Source: a virus (taxonomy: Duplodnaviria; Caudoviricetes). Taken from it: a stretch of 64,000 bases of DNA. Both the position numbers and the translations under genes were made by a program. The stretch is from IMG/VR virus record IMGVR_UViG_3300012979_001162, positions 98,649 to 162,648 of that record. One strand, 5' to 3'. The notes below the pieces were generated by a model. The model had not been told where the DNA came from. It was given only the letters and a program-made list of their open reading frames with translations, and searched no databases. Of the stretch, positions 18,232 through 27,119 are shown piece by piece (the stretch's first letter is position 1; each line of letters opens with the position of its first letter).

Positions 18232-18639
18232 ATGACAGCAAAAGAATTTCACCAAACAAAAGTAATACCCGCACGACAAGAAGTTCAGAGACTTGAACAA
18301 GAGTGGGAATATCTGAACCGCTTAGAAAAGGCAGAAGCTGCTGGGTTAGAATGGCCCACTTGTGGTAATTGCGCCTACTCTTGTGTGATAATGTGTAGCG
18401 ACCACAATGAATGTCTCGGCGGTAAGTGCACTTGTTGTCACGACTATTGCTACAAGTGGATGGCGGATAATTCAGTATCTACTTATCTGCGTGAACATCA
18501 CCACTATGACGAGTTTACAGTATTCCGCCTTGAAAAAATATTCGGCGATGACATTCTCAAGTGTGACAACCTCGACCTCGTACTAAAAGCGCTTCAGTTG
18601 ATGGACGAAGTTAAAGAAAAAGCAAAGGAGAGAAAGTAA
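18232..18639 (+). CDS. Cys-rich hypothetical protein
   Basis: ORF with RBS. Confidence 0.7.
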   Translation: MTAKEFHQTKVIPARQEVQRLEQEWEYLNRLEKAEAAGLEWPTCGNCAYSCVIMCSDHNECLGGKCTCCHDYCYKWMADNSVSTYLREHHHYDEFTVFRLEKIFGDDILKCDNLDLVLKALQLMDEVKEKAKERK

Positions 18640-18872
18640 TGGACAACAATCAGAACGAATATTTCAGTTCTCTTCTTGAAAACTGTGATGAATGTCCAAA
18701 TGTCGAAGATTGCATTGACAAGGCATTAGCCAATCTACACGCTGAGTGTGAACACTGGGCACAGTTTAATGCCGCATATGAGTTTGCAGACAAATATATA
18801 CGCGAATATCTATACGAAGAAATTACGAAATACATCAAGGAGGAACCCACATGGCTAAACTATTTAAACTAA
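18639..18872 (+). CDS. hypothetical protein
   Basis: Coupled ORF with RBS. Confidence 0.6.
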   Translation: MDNNQNEYFSSLLENCDECPNVEDCIDKALANLHAECEHWAQFNAAYEFADKYIREYLYEEITKYIKEEPTWLNYLN

Positions 18873-19186
18873 CCGCATACCTAACCGACATCGATGGCTC
18901 TTTCGGTGAACAAGATCTCGAAGACTACATAATGTGGCGTTTGCGTGATGAACTGCTTGTGGACCATATCCACCTCACCTCTGCCGACGTTGGCGAATGG
19001 CACGATGACCACCCACTTAACTATATGGACTGCCCCGAGGCAGAATACGAAAAATATTTTAAGAAAACCCAGCCGATGATTGAAAGTCTAGTGTATTCAC
19101 CAAAAGTGATGCACGATCAAATTACCGCAGAACTTCATCAAAAACTTATAGATCAGCTTGGTATTAAATTTAAAAAGGAGAACTAA
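18851..19186 (+). CDS. hypothetical protein
   Basis: AAGGAGG RBS. Confidence 0.7.
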   Translation: MAKLFKLTAYLTDIDGSFGEQDLEDYIMWRLRDELLVDHIHLTSADVGEWHDDHPLNYMDCPEAEYEKYFKKTQPMIESLVYSPKVMHDQITAELHQKLIDQLGIKFKKEN

Positions 19187-19187
19187 T

Positions 19188-20024
19188 ATGAGTAACAAAA
19201 AAGATTCACTTGGCGACCGTATGAAAGAAAACTACGAGAACCGCGCCAAAACCTACCTAGTACGCCGTATGCCCGTCATCATTAGATTAGATGGCAGAGC
19301 ATTTCACACCTTTACAAAGGGTTTAAAGAAGCCCTACGATGAAATTTTCCATAACACTATGAATGCGACCATGAAGTATCTCTGTGAGAACATCCAGGGC
19401 TGCAAGCTCGGCTATACTCAGTCTGATGAAATCACCCTACTTCTCACCGACTATGATACCCTCGACACCGATGCTTGGTTTGATAACAATGTGCAAAAGA
19501 TTTGCAGTGTATCAGCAAGTATGGCAACTATGGCTTTTAATAAGTATTTGCGCGAATTTTCAAGAGATACTCTGCGCAGAATTAATAATGCTTTTACATG
19601 CACGGCAGAAGAAGCAAATTACGCAACAACTCTTGAAAAGGCGATTGATAGGGGAGCTATGTTTGACTCTCGCTGCTTCAACATCCCCGAAGACGAGGTG
19701 ACCAATTGCTTCATCTGGCGCCAGCAAGATGCGACCCGTAACGCCATCCAGATGCTCGGTCAGTGCAACTTCTCTCACAAGGAGCTTCAAGGTAAGTCTT
19801 GTAACGCCATTCAAGATATGTTAATGCTACAAAAGGGCATCAACTTCAATGATATGCCGACTGAGTTTAAACGTGGCGTGTGCTGCCGAAAAGAAGTCTA
19901 TCAAGATCCGGATGTGGACATTAAAGACGGCTTCTATCCGAGAGCTCGCTGGGTGCTTGACAAAGAGATTCCCATCTTCACTCAGGATCGAAATTATGTA
20001 GAAAGAACTTTTAAGGAGAACTAA
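19188..20024 (+). CDS. Thg1-like tRNA(His) guanylyltransferase / 3'-5' polymerase
   Basis: LGDRMK..YE, IIRLDGRAFHTFT, YTQSDEI, FDSR, WRQQDATRN motifs. Confidence 0.92.
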   Translation: MSNKKDSLGDRMKENYENRAKTYLVRRMPVIIRLDGRAFHTFTKGLKKPYDEIFHNTMNATMKYLCENIQGCKLGYTQSDEITLLLTDYDTLDTDAWFDNNVQKICSVSASMATMAFNKYLREFSRDTLRRINNAFTCTAEEANYATTLEKAIDRGAMFDSRCFNIPEDEVTNCFIWRQQDATRNAIQMLGQCNFSHKELQGKSCNAIQDMLMLQKGINFNDMPTEFKRGVCCRKEVYQDPDVDIKDGFYPRARWVLDKEIPIFTQDRNYVERTFKEN

Positions 20025-20027
20025 CAA

Positions 20028-20714
20028 ATGAATATTTTTAAAAAAGCAATTAAAGAAGTGCAAGATATGGATAAAGCCATCGAGGCTTGTAAGGAAATAT
20101 CCATCCCCACACCCGAACCCGAAGAAGAATGGATTTGGGTAGATGGTTATAAAGGCACCGACAAAGATATGAAGTGCAGAGGCTATCAGTACGAACTTGG
20201 TGTGCAGTATGATATGCCAGAAGATGAACCTATTCAAGAATGTAAAAGCGGTTTCCATTTGTGCTTGTCATTGCATGATGTTTATGATTATTACTCTATT
20301 GGTGAAGGTAATCGTTTTTTTAAAGTTAAAGCTCTAGTACGTGCATCTGATGCGAAGAAATATCAGTCATCCTATGCGTATTATTGTGATACAAGATGTT
20401 TTACGGGCTCAAGGAATAATAAACTTGCATCCAAATCAATTATTTTTCTATCAGAACTCGCATCTGATGAAATTCTTGAAGGCGCCAAAATAATACATCA
20501 CTTACCCTCACAATACTATCAAATGGCAATAGACCACAGCATAAACTATGCCTTCAAAACATATCGGAAAGATGCTCTCATCGAAGATGGCTATTCTGAG
20601 GCGTTCGCACATCACATTATATCAATTAATAAGTTCGACATTGCCCACGCCGTTGGGTCTCAGAAGGATCTTAGTATGGATGTAAATGTGCTTACTATTC
20701 TATATAATAAGTAA
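20028..20714 (+). CDS. phage protein with GYKG...C..GFH.C domain (DUF7666-like)
   Basis: GYKGTDKDMKCRGYQYELG...CKSGFHLC. Confidence 0.65.
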   Translation: MNIFKKAIKEVQDMDKAIEACKEISIPTPEPEEEWIWVDGYKGTDKDMKCRGYQYELGVQYDMPEDEPIQECKSGFHLCLSLHDVYDYYSIGEGNRFFKVKALVRASDAKKYQSSYAYYCDTRCFTGSRNNKLASKSIIFLSELASDEILEGAKIIHHLPSQYYQMAIDHSINYAFKTYRKDALIEDGYSEAFAHHIISINKFDIAHAVGSQKDLSMDVNVLTILYNK

Positions 20715-20726
20715 GGAGAACAAACT

Positions 20727-21005
20727 ATGAAAGATTTTAAAAGCGTCCAAGACCTCATCATTAAAGCTGCTCTCTACGACGGCATATCCACTACCATTGG
20801 GCCCAGTGAACTGATTAAAGGCGATATACTCAAAATTACCTTTTCGAAAGGCAACCGATGTTCAGCTACCCACATTGAACTTGTAGACAAATACCGAGAC
20901 CCAGAAGATGCGGCTCTATATTGTTGCAAGCGTGCATTGTACGACTTGCTTTGTGGCAAGTATGAAGAGATTACATATCAGAAGGAGAATCAAAATGACA
21001 CTTGA
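20727..21005 (+). CDS. hypothetical protein
   Basis: AAGGAG RBS. Confidence 0.65.
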   Translation: MKDFKSVQDLIIKAALYDGISTTIGPSELIKGDILKITFSKGNRCSATHIELVDKYRDPEDAALYCCKRALYDLLCGKYEEITYQKENQNDT

Positions 21006-21348
21006 AGAACATTTTAAAGCAGGCTACGAACTTTTCGGTCCAGAGGCTATGAAGATAATGGACCAATTTTTTGGCGGCGAGATTGACTGGGATACATGCA
21101 TTGCTAGCGTCGAAGAGCCCGTTATAAACTACCGTATCCACAGAATGATGTGGGATGAGATACAAGAGAGCCGTCCGAAGAAAATTAAAGTCACTTCTAA
21201 ATTCGACAGCTACCTTCAGCGTTCCGTTGTAGTGGTAGAGAGTGAGCCACCCGAGTATTTTTCCGGAGGAACAATAGGTTCGTTTGACGCCATCCCCATC
21301 GAGATCGACGACACTATTGAAAACGAATACTACGAACTTGTATATTAA
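20995..21348 (+). CDS. hypothetical protein
   Basis: ATG 20995 with AAGGAG RBS. Confidence 0.65.
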   Translation: MTLEEHFKAGYELFGPEAMKIMDQFFGGEIDWDTCIASVEEPVINYRIHRMMWDEIQESRPKKIKVTSKFDSYLQRSVVVVESEPPEYFSGGTIGSFDAIPIEIDDTIENEYYELVY

Positions 21349-21361
21349 AGGAGAACTAACT

Positions 21362-21622
21362 ATGTACAGATACTTACTATTTTTCTACCAAGACTACTAC
21401 CCTCGTGGTGGTATGGAAGACTGCGTACTTAAAACCAACAACTATGACGACCTAGAGAAGTATATTCACGATAATTATGAGGACGACTGGTATATGGGGA
21501 CAATTGCGTACTATGATGCTCTCGAAGATAAATATGTGAGTGCGAATATGGAGACATATGAAAACGAAGACTTTTTTGATAGATGGAGATTTTTAGAATG
21601 GGAGGAAAATTCCAATGGTTAA
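21362..21622 (+). CDS. hypothetical protein
   Basis: ATG 21362 with AAAGGAG RBS. Confidence 0.65.
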   Translation: MYRYLLFFYQDYYPRGGMEDCVLKTNNYDDLEKYIHDNYEDDWYMGTIAYYDALEDKYVSANMETYENEDFFDRWRFLEWEENSNG

Positions 21623-22133
21623 ATGTAAGAAAAAGAAAACAGGCGTCCAAACGCCTGAATTTAGAAAACCCACCCCACCGCCACCTCCGATGAGTGGATC
21701 TAACGCAATAAAGCCCAGTTGTAACTGTGGACACCAACCAACCTACACTTCAACACAGAATCCACCTGATACCTTTTCAAGTCTGTTAAAAGCAACATCT
21801 CTACAAATTCTCCCAAATGACATTAGCACTATAACCTACGTTTGCCCATACGAAACACCCTGTGGCTGGTGCTGCAAGTGGGATAAGAAGTGTGATAAGA
21901 AGATTGGTCTGGAGCGAGGACAAAGAGTGAATATCAATCCAGTAGGCGATGCTATAGATGAGCCGATAGGAATTATTGTTAATAAAATCTGCGCATCGGA
22001 ATCAGACCACGAATGGGAGTGCGTGGGTATATCCACGGGAGGAAGTACGTATAGGTGTAGAAAATGTTATGAATATAAAACTATACCGATTAAGACAGAG
22101 ATACTAGAAACATATATAGGAGGCTGCCAATGA
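21615..22133 (+). CDS. Pro/Cys-rich hypothetical protein
   Basis: GGAGG RBS; poly-Pro and Cys clusters. Confidence 0.6.
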   Translation: MVKCKKKKTGVQTPEFRKPTPPPPPMSGSNAIKPSCNCGHQPTYTSTQNPPDTFSSLLKATSLQILPNDISTITYVCPYETPCGWCCKWDKKCDKKIGLERGQRVNINPVGDAIDEPIGIIVNKICASESDHEWECVGISTGGSTYRCRKCYEYKTIPIKTEILETYIGGCQ

Positions 22134-22384
22134 CTAACCTAGATATAATCAAATACCTCGCCACCAACAACCCTACTCGCCTCGCCGAGCTCCTTGACGA
22201 CATCTATTGTAGCGCTTGGAATTGTGGAGCATACGCACAACGCAACATGGAAGAAAATAAGATTTCAGAATTAGAAATGGAATTCTCTGATAGTAAGTGG
22301 CTTGAGCAAGAGGCAAATACGAACTTCTTTTTTGACTGCGAACTCGAAGAGTGGACCAAGGCTATCAACAAGGAGAATGAATGA
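22130..22384 (+). CDS. hypothetical protein
   Basis: AGGAGG RBS. Confidence 0.65.
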   Translation: MTNLDIIKYLATNNPTRLAELLDDIYCSAWNCGAYAQRNMEENKISELEMEFSDSKWLEQEANTNFFFDCELEEWTKAINKENE

Positions 22385-22385
22385 C

Positions 22386-22568
22386 ATGAACGAATATGGC
22401 AAATGTTTAGGTTACACTGGAACTCCTTGCCCTAATTGTGGTAGATACCGGCTTGAACGATATGAAAACGGCAAAGAAATATGCGAAAAATGCGAATGGT
22501 GTCCACAAGAAGAACAGTATATTGACCGAGAAAAGATGTATCAAATAGAAGAAAATGAGATTTTGTGA
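22386..22568 (+). CDS. small zinc-ribbon protein
   Basis: CPNCG...CEKC. Confidence 0.55.
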   Translation: MNEYGKCLGYTGTPCPNCGRYRLERYENGKEICEKCEWCPQEEQYIDREKMYQIEENEIL

Positions 22569-22774
22569 GGAGATTATACATGGAAGATAAGGATTATACA
22601 GTAAACAAAGAAAAGGTATATGGGTATGGGATTGAATTCCCTAAACCACCTGTTACCACAATCTACATCGGCAAAGATACTGGCGCACAGATTGGCGTTG
22701 ACAAGAAATTTAACTGGTTCCAGAAGAAGATGATTAAGTGGTGCTTTGGATTTGAAGTAAAGGAGAGTAAGTGA
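22565..22774 (+). CDS. hypothetical protein
   Basis: ORF in gene run; start uncertain. Confidence 0.55.
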   Translation: MRRLYMEDKDYTVNKEKVYGYGIEFPKPPVTTIYIGKDTGAQIGVDKKFNWFQKKMIKWCFGFEVKESK

Positions 22775-23136
22775 TGGATGAAGAGAAACAGATTGAACAA
22801 ATGGCGAGAATAACTTGTCAGATGTATACCCCTCAATATGACAAGAGATGTGCGGGTGTTGGAGAGTGCGATTATAAATGTTTGCATTACCAACGATGTG
22901 AAGTTCTATATGCCGTAGGTTACCACAAGCAACCAGAGTGGATTAGCGTCGAGGATAGGTTGCCTGAGAACAGGGTGAATTGTATTGTATATTATAAACA
23001 TGCTTATTGTGATAATGATGGATATTGGGCAATTGGAGTGTCTTTCTATGATGGAAACGAATTTCAAATTGGATTGGCATATAAGGTCACCCATTGGATG
23101 CCAATCCCCGCACCGCCCATAGAAAAGGAGAATTGA
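22771..23136 (+). CDS. DUF551-like protein
   Basis: WISVEDRLP...VTHWMPIPAPP. Confidence 0.8.
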   Translation: MMDEEKQIEQMARITCQMYTPQYDKRCAGVGECDYKCLHYQRCEVLYAVGYHKQPEWISVEDRLPENRVNCIVYYKHAYCDNDGYWAIGVSFYDGNEFQIGLAYKVTHWMPIPAPPIEKEN

Positions 23137-23137
23137 T

Positions 23138-23311
23138 ATGCATTGGATTAGTGTAAAAGACGAACTGCCGTATGCAAACGATGATTATCTTGTATATCTG
23201 CCAAACGGACATTTTTGTATTGGGTATTGGATGTCCGGAGATTTTTGGAGTACGGGATATTATAGTAACAGGCTTGAAGTCACCCATTGGGCATATCTTG
23301 AAGCGCCGTAA
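23138..23311 (+). CDS. second DUF551-like protein (57 aa, not in ORF track)
   Basis: MHWISVKDELP...VTHWAYLEAP, with AAAGGAG RBS. Confidence 0.75.
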   Translation: MHWISVKDELPYANDDYLVYLPNGHFCIGYWMSGDFWSTGYYSNRLEVTHWAYLEAP

Positions 23312-23331
23312 TAGAGAAAGGAGAACTAATT

Positions 23332-23514
23332 ATGAAAAACACAATTACCGGTAAATTATGTATATCTTGTCTAATATGCGGCGAGCCTGTACCGCTAACC
23401 GAAATGGAAGAGAGTAGGCTGAATTATGGAATGGACATTCACAGTAAAGTTTGCGACAAATGCAAGGCGGCAATTTTATATATGAGAGAACAAATGGAGC
23501 AAAAGGAGAATTGA
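23332..23514 (+). CDS. small zinc-finger protein
   Basis: CLICG...CDKC; RBS. Confidence 0.6.
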   Translation: MKNTITGKLCISCLICGEPVPLTEMEESRLNYGMDIHSKVCDKCKAAILYMREQMEQKEN

Positions 23515-23516
23515 TT

Positions 23517-23960
23517 ATGCGATATGTTTTTAATATGAACCCATTTGACAGACTGAGTTGCTGGTTTCACAATTCTATTGTTGAACCGTTCTCTCGCCGT
23601 CACGATAAACACAAGAAAACCCATTATGAGTGCTGTGTTTGCGGTATGATAGAAGCTCCATACTTTTACGAGGGGCGTACATATAGCTCTATACGATATG
23701 ACTATGGTTGGCATAAGCTTGACGGTGGCAAGAGATGGATTTGTCATCATTGTGCAGATCACGGATATGCGCCCAGTTCGGACGGAGAATCGACCTTTGA
23801 GGAATGGCACGAGAAGATTGTTGTTCCACAGAGAGTTCGAGTGAGAGAGTTGATTAAGACAAAAGATCCCGAATACTACAACGAGTGTTATTTTTATGAC
23901 GACGAAGAGAGCGTAAAAAGATATTTTGCTCAACTTGGACTTGATGAAGACAACGAATAG
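23517..23960 (+). CDS. hypothetical protein
   Basis: ATG 23517 with RBS; CCVC/CHHC. Confidence 0.65.
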   Translation: MRYVFNMNPFDRLSCWFHNSIVEPFSRRHDKHKKTHYECCVCGMIEAPYFYEGRTYSSIRYDYGWHKLDGGKRWICHHCADHGYAPSSDGESTFEEWHEKIVVPQRVRVRELIKTKDPEYYNECYFYDDEESVKRYFAQLGLDEDNE

Positions 23961-24083
23961 CCCATTTTTACCTCAAAAACCTTTAACTACTTAGGCAAAA
24001 TTCAACTTTACCCTCCCCTACCCTACCAACTACACCCCTAAGACATTAACGCCCTTAAAAACGCTAATTACTTAGGGGTGAAA

Positions 24084-24166
24084 TTGTAAACGAATTGTAA
24101 ACAATTTCAGATACCTATTGACAATTATTCTCAATTATGATATACTTATTACACTACAAAATGATT
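24084..24166 (+). promoter_or_regulatory. sigmaA-type promoter with TTGTAAA direct repeat and ACAAAATGATT box
   Basis: TTGTAAA at 24084/24095; TTGACA(24118)-17-TATACT; ACAAAATGATT at 24156. Confidence 0.8.
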
Positions 24167-24181
24167 AAAGGAGAAAAAACT

Positions 24182-24433
24182 ATGAAGAAAATTTTATTCG
24201 CTTTTATAATTACAGGATTGCTCGCGACGGCATTGACCGGTTGCGGCAATAAGCAGATGTTTGACACTACCTATAAGTTTGACAAGGCAATTATATCTTT
24301 GCCGAATGGAAATGTCGTTGAAGGTAAGGTTGAAAGCTGGACCGACTATGAGGATGGCGATCAGATACAGGTTAAGATTAATGGCGTTATTTATCTTGTG
24401 CACAGTTCTGATGTTGTGTTGATTGCGGAGTGA
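24182..24433 (+). CDS. lipoprotein
   Basis: MKK + hydrophobic stretch + LTGC lipobox. Confidence 0.75.
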   Translation: MKKILFAFIITGLLATALTGCGNKQMFDTTYKFDKAIISLPNGNVVEGKVESWTDYEDGDQIQVKINGVIYLVHSSDVVLIAE

Positions 24434-24622
24434 TGATATGGAAATTTTAAGTAAATTATTGGACAATCAAGACTCACTTGAAGACGCTCTTCGATTAGAG
24501 AGTACCCCGGAGGAAGTTAAGGAAACCAAATACGGTAGAAAGTTGCTCAGATGGATTAGACGAAGACGTCGTGTAACGAATCGCGTCGTTAAAGCCTTGA
24601 GTAAATTTTAAGGAGAAATCTT

Positions 24623-25132
24623 ATGGCTAAACGAGAATTGAAACAATTGAGTTGGAAGGTTAAGAATTATTTATGTAATTCCAACAGGCTTTGGGATTAT
24701 GATGTTCTTCAGTATAGAGAAGATCAGATAAAGAAGCTCAAGAAAAAGTGTGCTACCAAGGAAGAATTTGCCGAGGCAATGCGACGAGAGATGATGTGGC
24801 AGTATTTCAGCCGGTGTGAATACGAGGTTATTGTTGAGATTGACGACGACAATCGCATTTGGCTTAAGCCTTGGGTAGGGTGTAAAAATCCCGATGAGGT
24901 TAAAATTGATGTCACAGATGATGAAAGTTTTGATTGGAGAAGTTTCGCAGAGGAACATATAGGCAAACAGATTTATAAAAATTGTGCCAAGATTGACATA
25001 TGGGACCAGCTTTCGTTTAGATGGGACGATTTTATTGATTATTTGTGGCATCATCGTTTGAAATACGAGCGAGATAATCCGAAATTTCACAGACAGACGG
25101 AGGAAAGCAATGAAACCAGTATACAAATGTGA
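24623..25132 (+). CDS. hypothetical protein
   Basis: AAGGAG RBS. Confidence 0.75.
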   Translation: MAKRELKQLSWKVKNYLCNSNRLWDYDVLQYREDQIKKLKKKCATKEEFAEAMRREMMWQYFSRCEYEVIVEIDDDNRIWLKPWVGCKNPDEVKIDVTDDESFDWRSFAEEHIGKQIYKNCAKIDIWDQLSFRWDDFIDYLWHHRLKYERDNPKFHRQTEESNETSIQM

Positions 25133-25388
25133 ATATTGCAACCATATGGGTACCGAGGATGAGGTACGAGAGCACGAAATTAAGTGCTGTTTTAATTACG
25201 ACCGTAAGAGTTGTTGGACTTGTAAGCATCGAGATCCAAAATCATTTATGAATTTTAAATGTTTGCTTGGCACCGAGATTCCAGAAGGTCATTTGATTGA
25301 GTTTTGTAGCAAGTATGAGCGGGACGACAAAGACCCAATAAAAAGTTCTGTGACTGATATTTTTGGTGACTTATTTGGAGGATGCTAA
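25110..25388 (+). CDS. Cys-rich hypothetical protein
   Basis: GGAGG RBS; CEYC, CWTC. Confidence 0.65.
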   Translation: MKPVYKCEYCNHMGTEDEVREHEIKCCFNYDRKSCWTCKHRDPKSFMNFKCLLGTEIPEGHLIEFCSKYERDDKDPIKSSVTDIFGDLFGGC

Positions 25389-25771
25389 TGGATAAGAAGC
25401 CGTCAGAATATATAAGTGAGTTCCTCAACTTTGTCGCCGAGGCTCAAGTGCAGTACAGATTGTGCTCCGAAGAAGAGGATAAACAAGAAAAACTAACCCA
25501 AGACTACTTACATAGTCTTGAACTCGATGACCTTAAATGCAATGAGCGTAGCAAGATTGCTACCAAACTTGCTGTCAATCGTAAAGACCGAAGATATTTT
25601 AAAGATAGAGTTGAGGAATTCGAGCCTATTGTTAAGTTTTTTGAAGATCAGCAAAACAAAAAGATGTTAGATAAGCTAAAAGAGGTTTTGGGGCAAGTCA
25701 GAAAACAAGAAAATTATCATAAATATAGAACTTATATTCCAAAGGTGTTAAAGGAGAATAAAGATGGATGA
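25382..25771 (+). CDS. hypothetical coiled-coil protein
   Basis: ORF with RBS. Confidence 0.7.
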   Translation: MLMDKKPSEYISEFLNFVAEAQVQYRLCSEEEDKQEKLTQDYLHSLELDDLKCNERSKIATKLAVNRKDRRYFKDRVEEFEPIVKFFEDQQNKKMLDKLKEVLGQVRKQENYHKYRTYIPKVLKENKDG

Positions 25772-25988
25772 AATAAGAAATTTGTATTTTAAGCGTTCAA
25801 ATGGAGAGCATCGCCTTTTGGCGACAGATGTAACCGAAGCTGAGGCTTATGAAGAGATGCAAAAGTTTATGGACCAACATAATTTTAAGAGTTATTACAC
25901 TCGTGTTTGGGAAGAGGATGGCGTTAAGTGGTACGACGTTGGAAGTTGGAGTGAATTTTTTAAGTGGACAAATAAGGAGTTGAAGTAA
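25764..25988 (+). CDS. hypothetical protein
   Basis: AAGGAG RBS. Confidence 0.65.
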   Translation: MDEIRNLYFKRSNGEHRLLATDVTEAEAYEEMQKFMDQHNFKSYYTRVWEEDGVKWYDVGSWSEFFKWTNKELK

Positions 25989-26285
25989 ATGGAGACAATT
26001 AGGATAAATTCTAGGTTAACTCTTGAAGAAAGAGAAACCATCCTTATTTATGATAGCGTGGATAAAATGTGGAGAATGGATACTACCGTACCCAAACACG
26101 CAAACAAAGCAAAAAACCAAGGTTGGACCCAGACCGCCGAGTATGTTTATGAGGATGGGATGGTTTGTGGCGGTGCATTTGAGGCTCCACAGCGTGCAAT
26201 TACTATCAGAAATGCTGAAAAGAAGCAGATGACCGAGAAACAGATGAGAAATTTGCGTTCTGAAGACGAAGAGGAGGAAGAATAA
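25989..26285 (+). CDS. hypothetical protein
   Basis: AAGGAG RBS. Confidence 0.65.
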   Translation: METIRINSRLTLEERETILIYDSVDKMWRMDTTVPKHANKAKNQGWTQTAEYVYEDGMVCGGAFEAPQRAITIRNAEKKQMTEKQMRNLRSEDEEEEE

Positions 26286-26436
26286 TGTTTTGGATTGGAT
26301 TAGGTGTTGGACTTATCGTAGGCGGCACCGTAGGCGCATTGATTGTATCAATGTTGGTTATGGGTAAGAATGGCGATTGACTTTGATTGCCAGTTTGATA
26401 TAATGATTACGATACAAAATGATTGGTGGTGAGAAA

Positions 26437-27090
26437 GTGGTAGAAGAGAGAATTATTGAAATTAAAGGTGTTAATTATATTGTGTCATCTGACGGTAAGG
26501 TGTATAGTGCAAACGACGGCGGACCATCTTATTATCACAAAGAAATTTCACAACGTTTAAACAAAGACGGTTATCTTCAGGTTACTGTGGGTTTAGATGG
26601 GCATAGAACTCAGTATAGAGTGCACCGTATGGTTGCAGAGGCATTTATACCGAATCCAGATAACCTACCAGAGGTAAACCATAAGGATTATGATAGAACA
26701 AATAATAATGTGGATAACTTAGAATGGTCTACTCACGCCGATAATGTTGCTTATTCGGCTGGTACGGGGCACTACAGTCATTATGGAGAGGACAATCCGA
26801 ATTATGGTTGTGATACTTTAAGAAAAAAATATGCTGCTGATCCAGAACTTTCTAGAATTAAAAACGGTAGACCCGGCACCAAAAATGGCAGATGTAGAAA
26901 GGTTAAGTTGACCAATCTTGAAAGTGGTGAAGAAATTGACTTTGACTATACTCGTCAAGCGTCTCAATATTTGATGGACAATGGATTTGTACGAGCAAAA
27001 AAGATTGATTCTATATCGAATAGAATAACATTGTCCATTGAGAAGGATACAGTGTTTTATAAAAAATTTAAGGCAGAGTTTATAGATTAA
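26437..27090 (+). CDS. NUMOD4/HNH homing endonuclease
   Basis: YIVSSDGKVYS...GYLQV...VHRMVAEAFIPNPDNLPEVNHKD...NN.VDNLEW; own TTGACT..TATAAT promoter near 26377. Confidence 0.88.
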   Translation: MVEERIIEIKGVNYIVSSDGKVYSANDGGPSYYHKEISQRLNKDGYLQVTVGLDGHRTQYRVHRMVAEAFIPNPDNLPEVNHKDYDRTNNNVDNLEWSTHADNVAYSAGTGHYSHYGEDNPNYGCDTLRKKYAADPELSRIKNGRPGTKNGRCRKVKLTNLESGEEIDFDYTRQASQYLMDNGFVRAKKIDSISNRITLSIEKDTVFYKKFKAEFID

Positions 27091-27119
27091 CAGAACAAAA
27101 TGATTAAGGCGGTGAATGA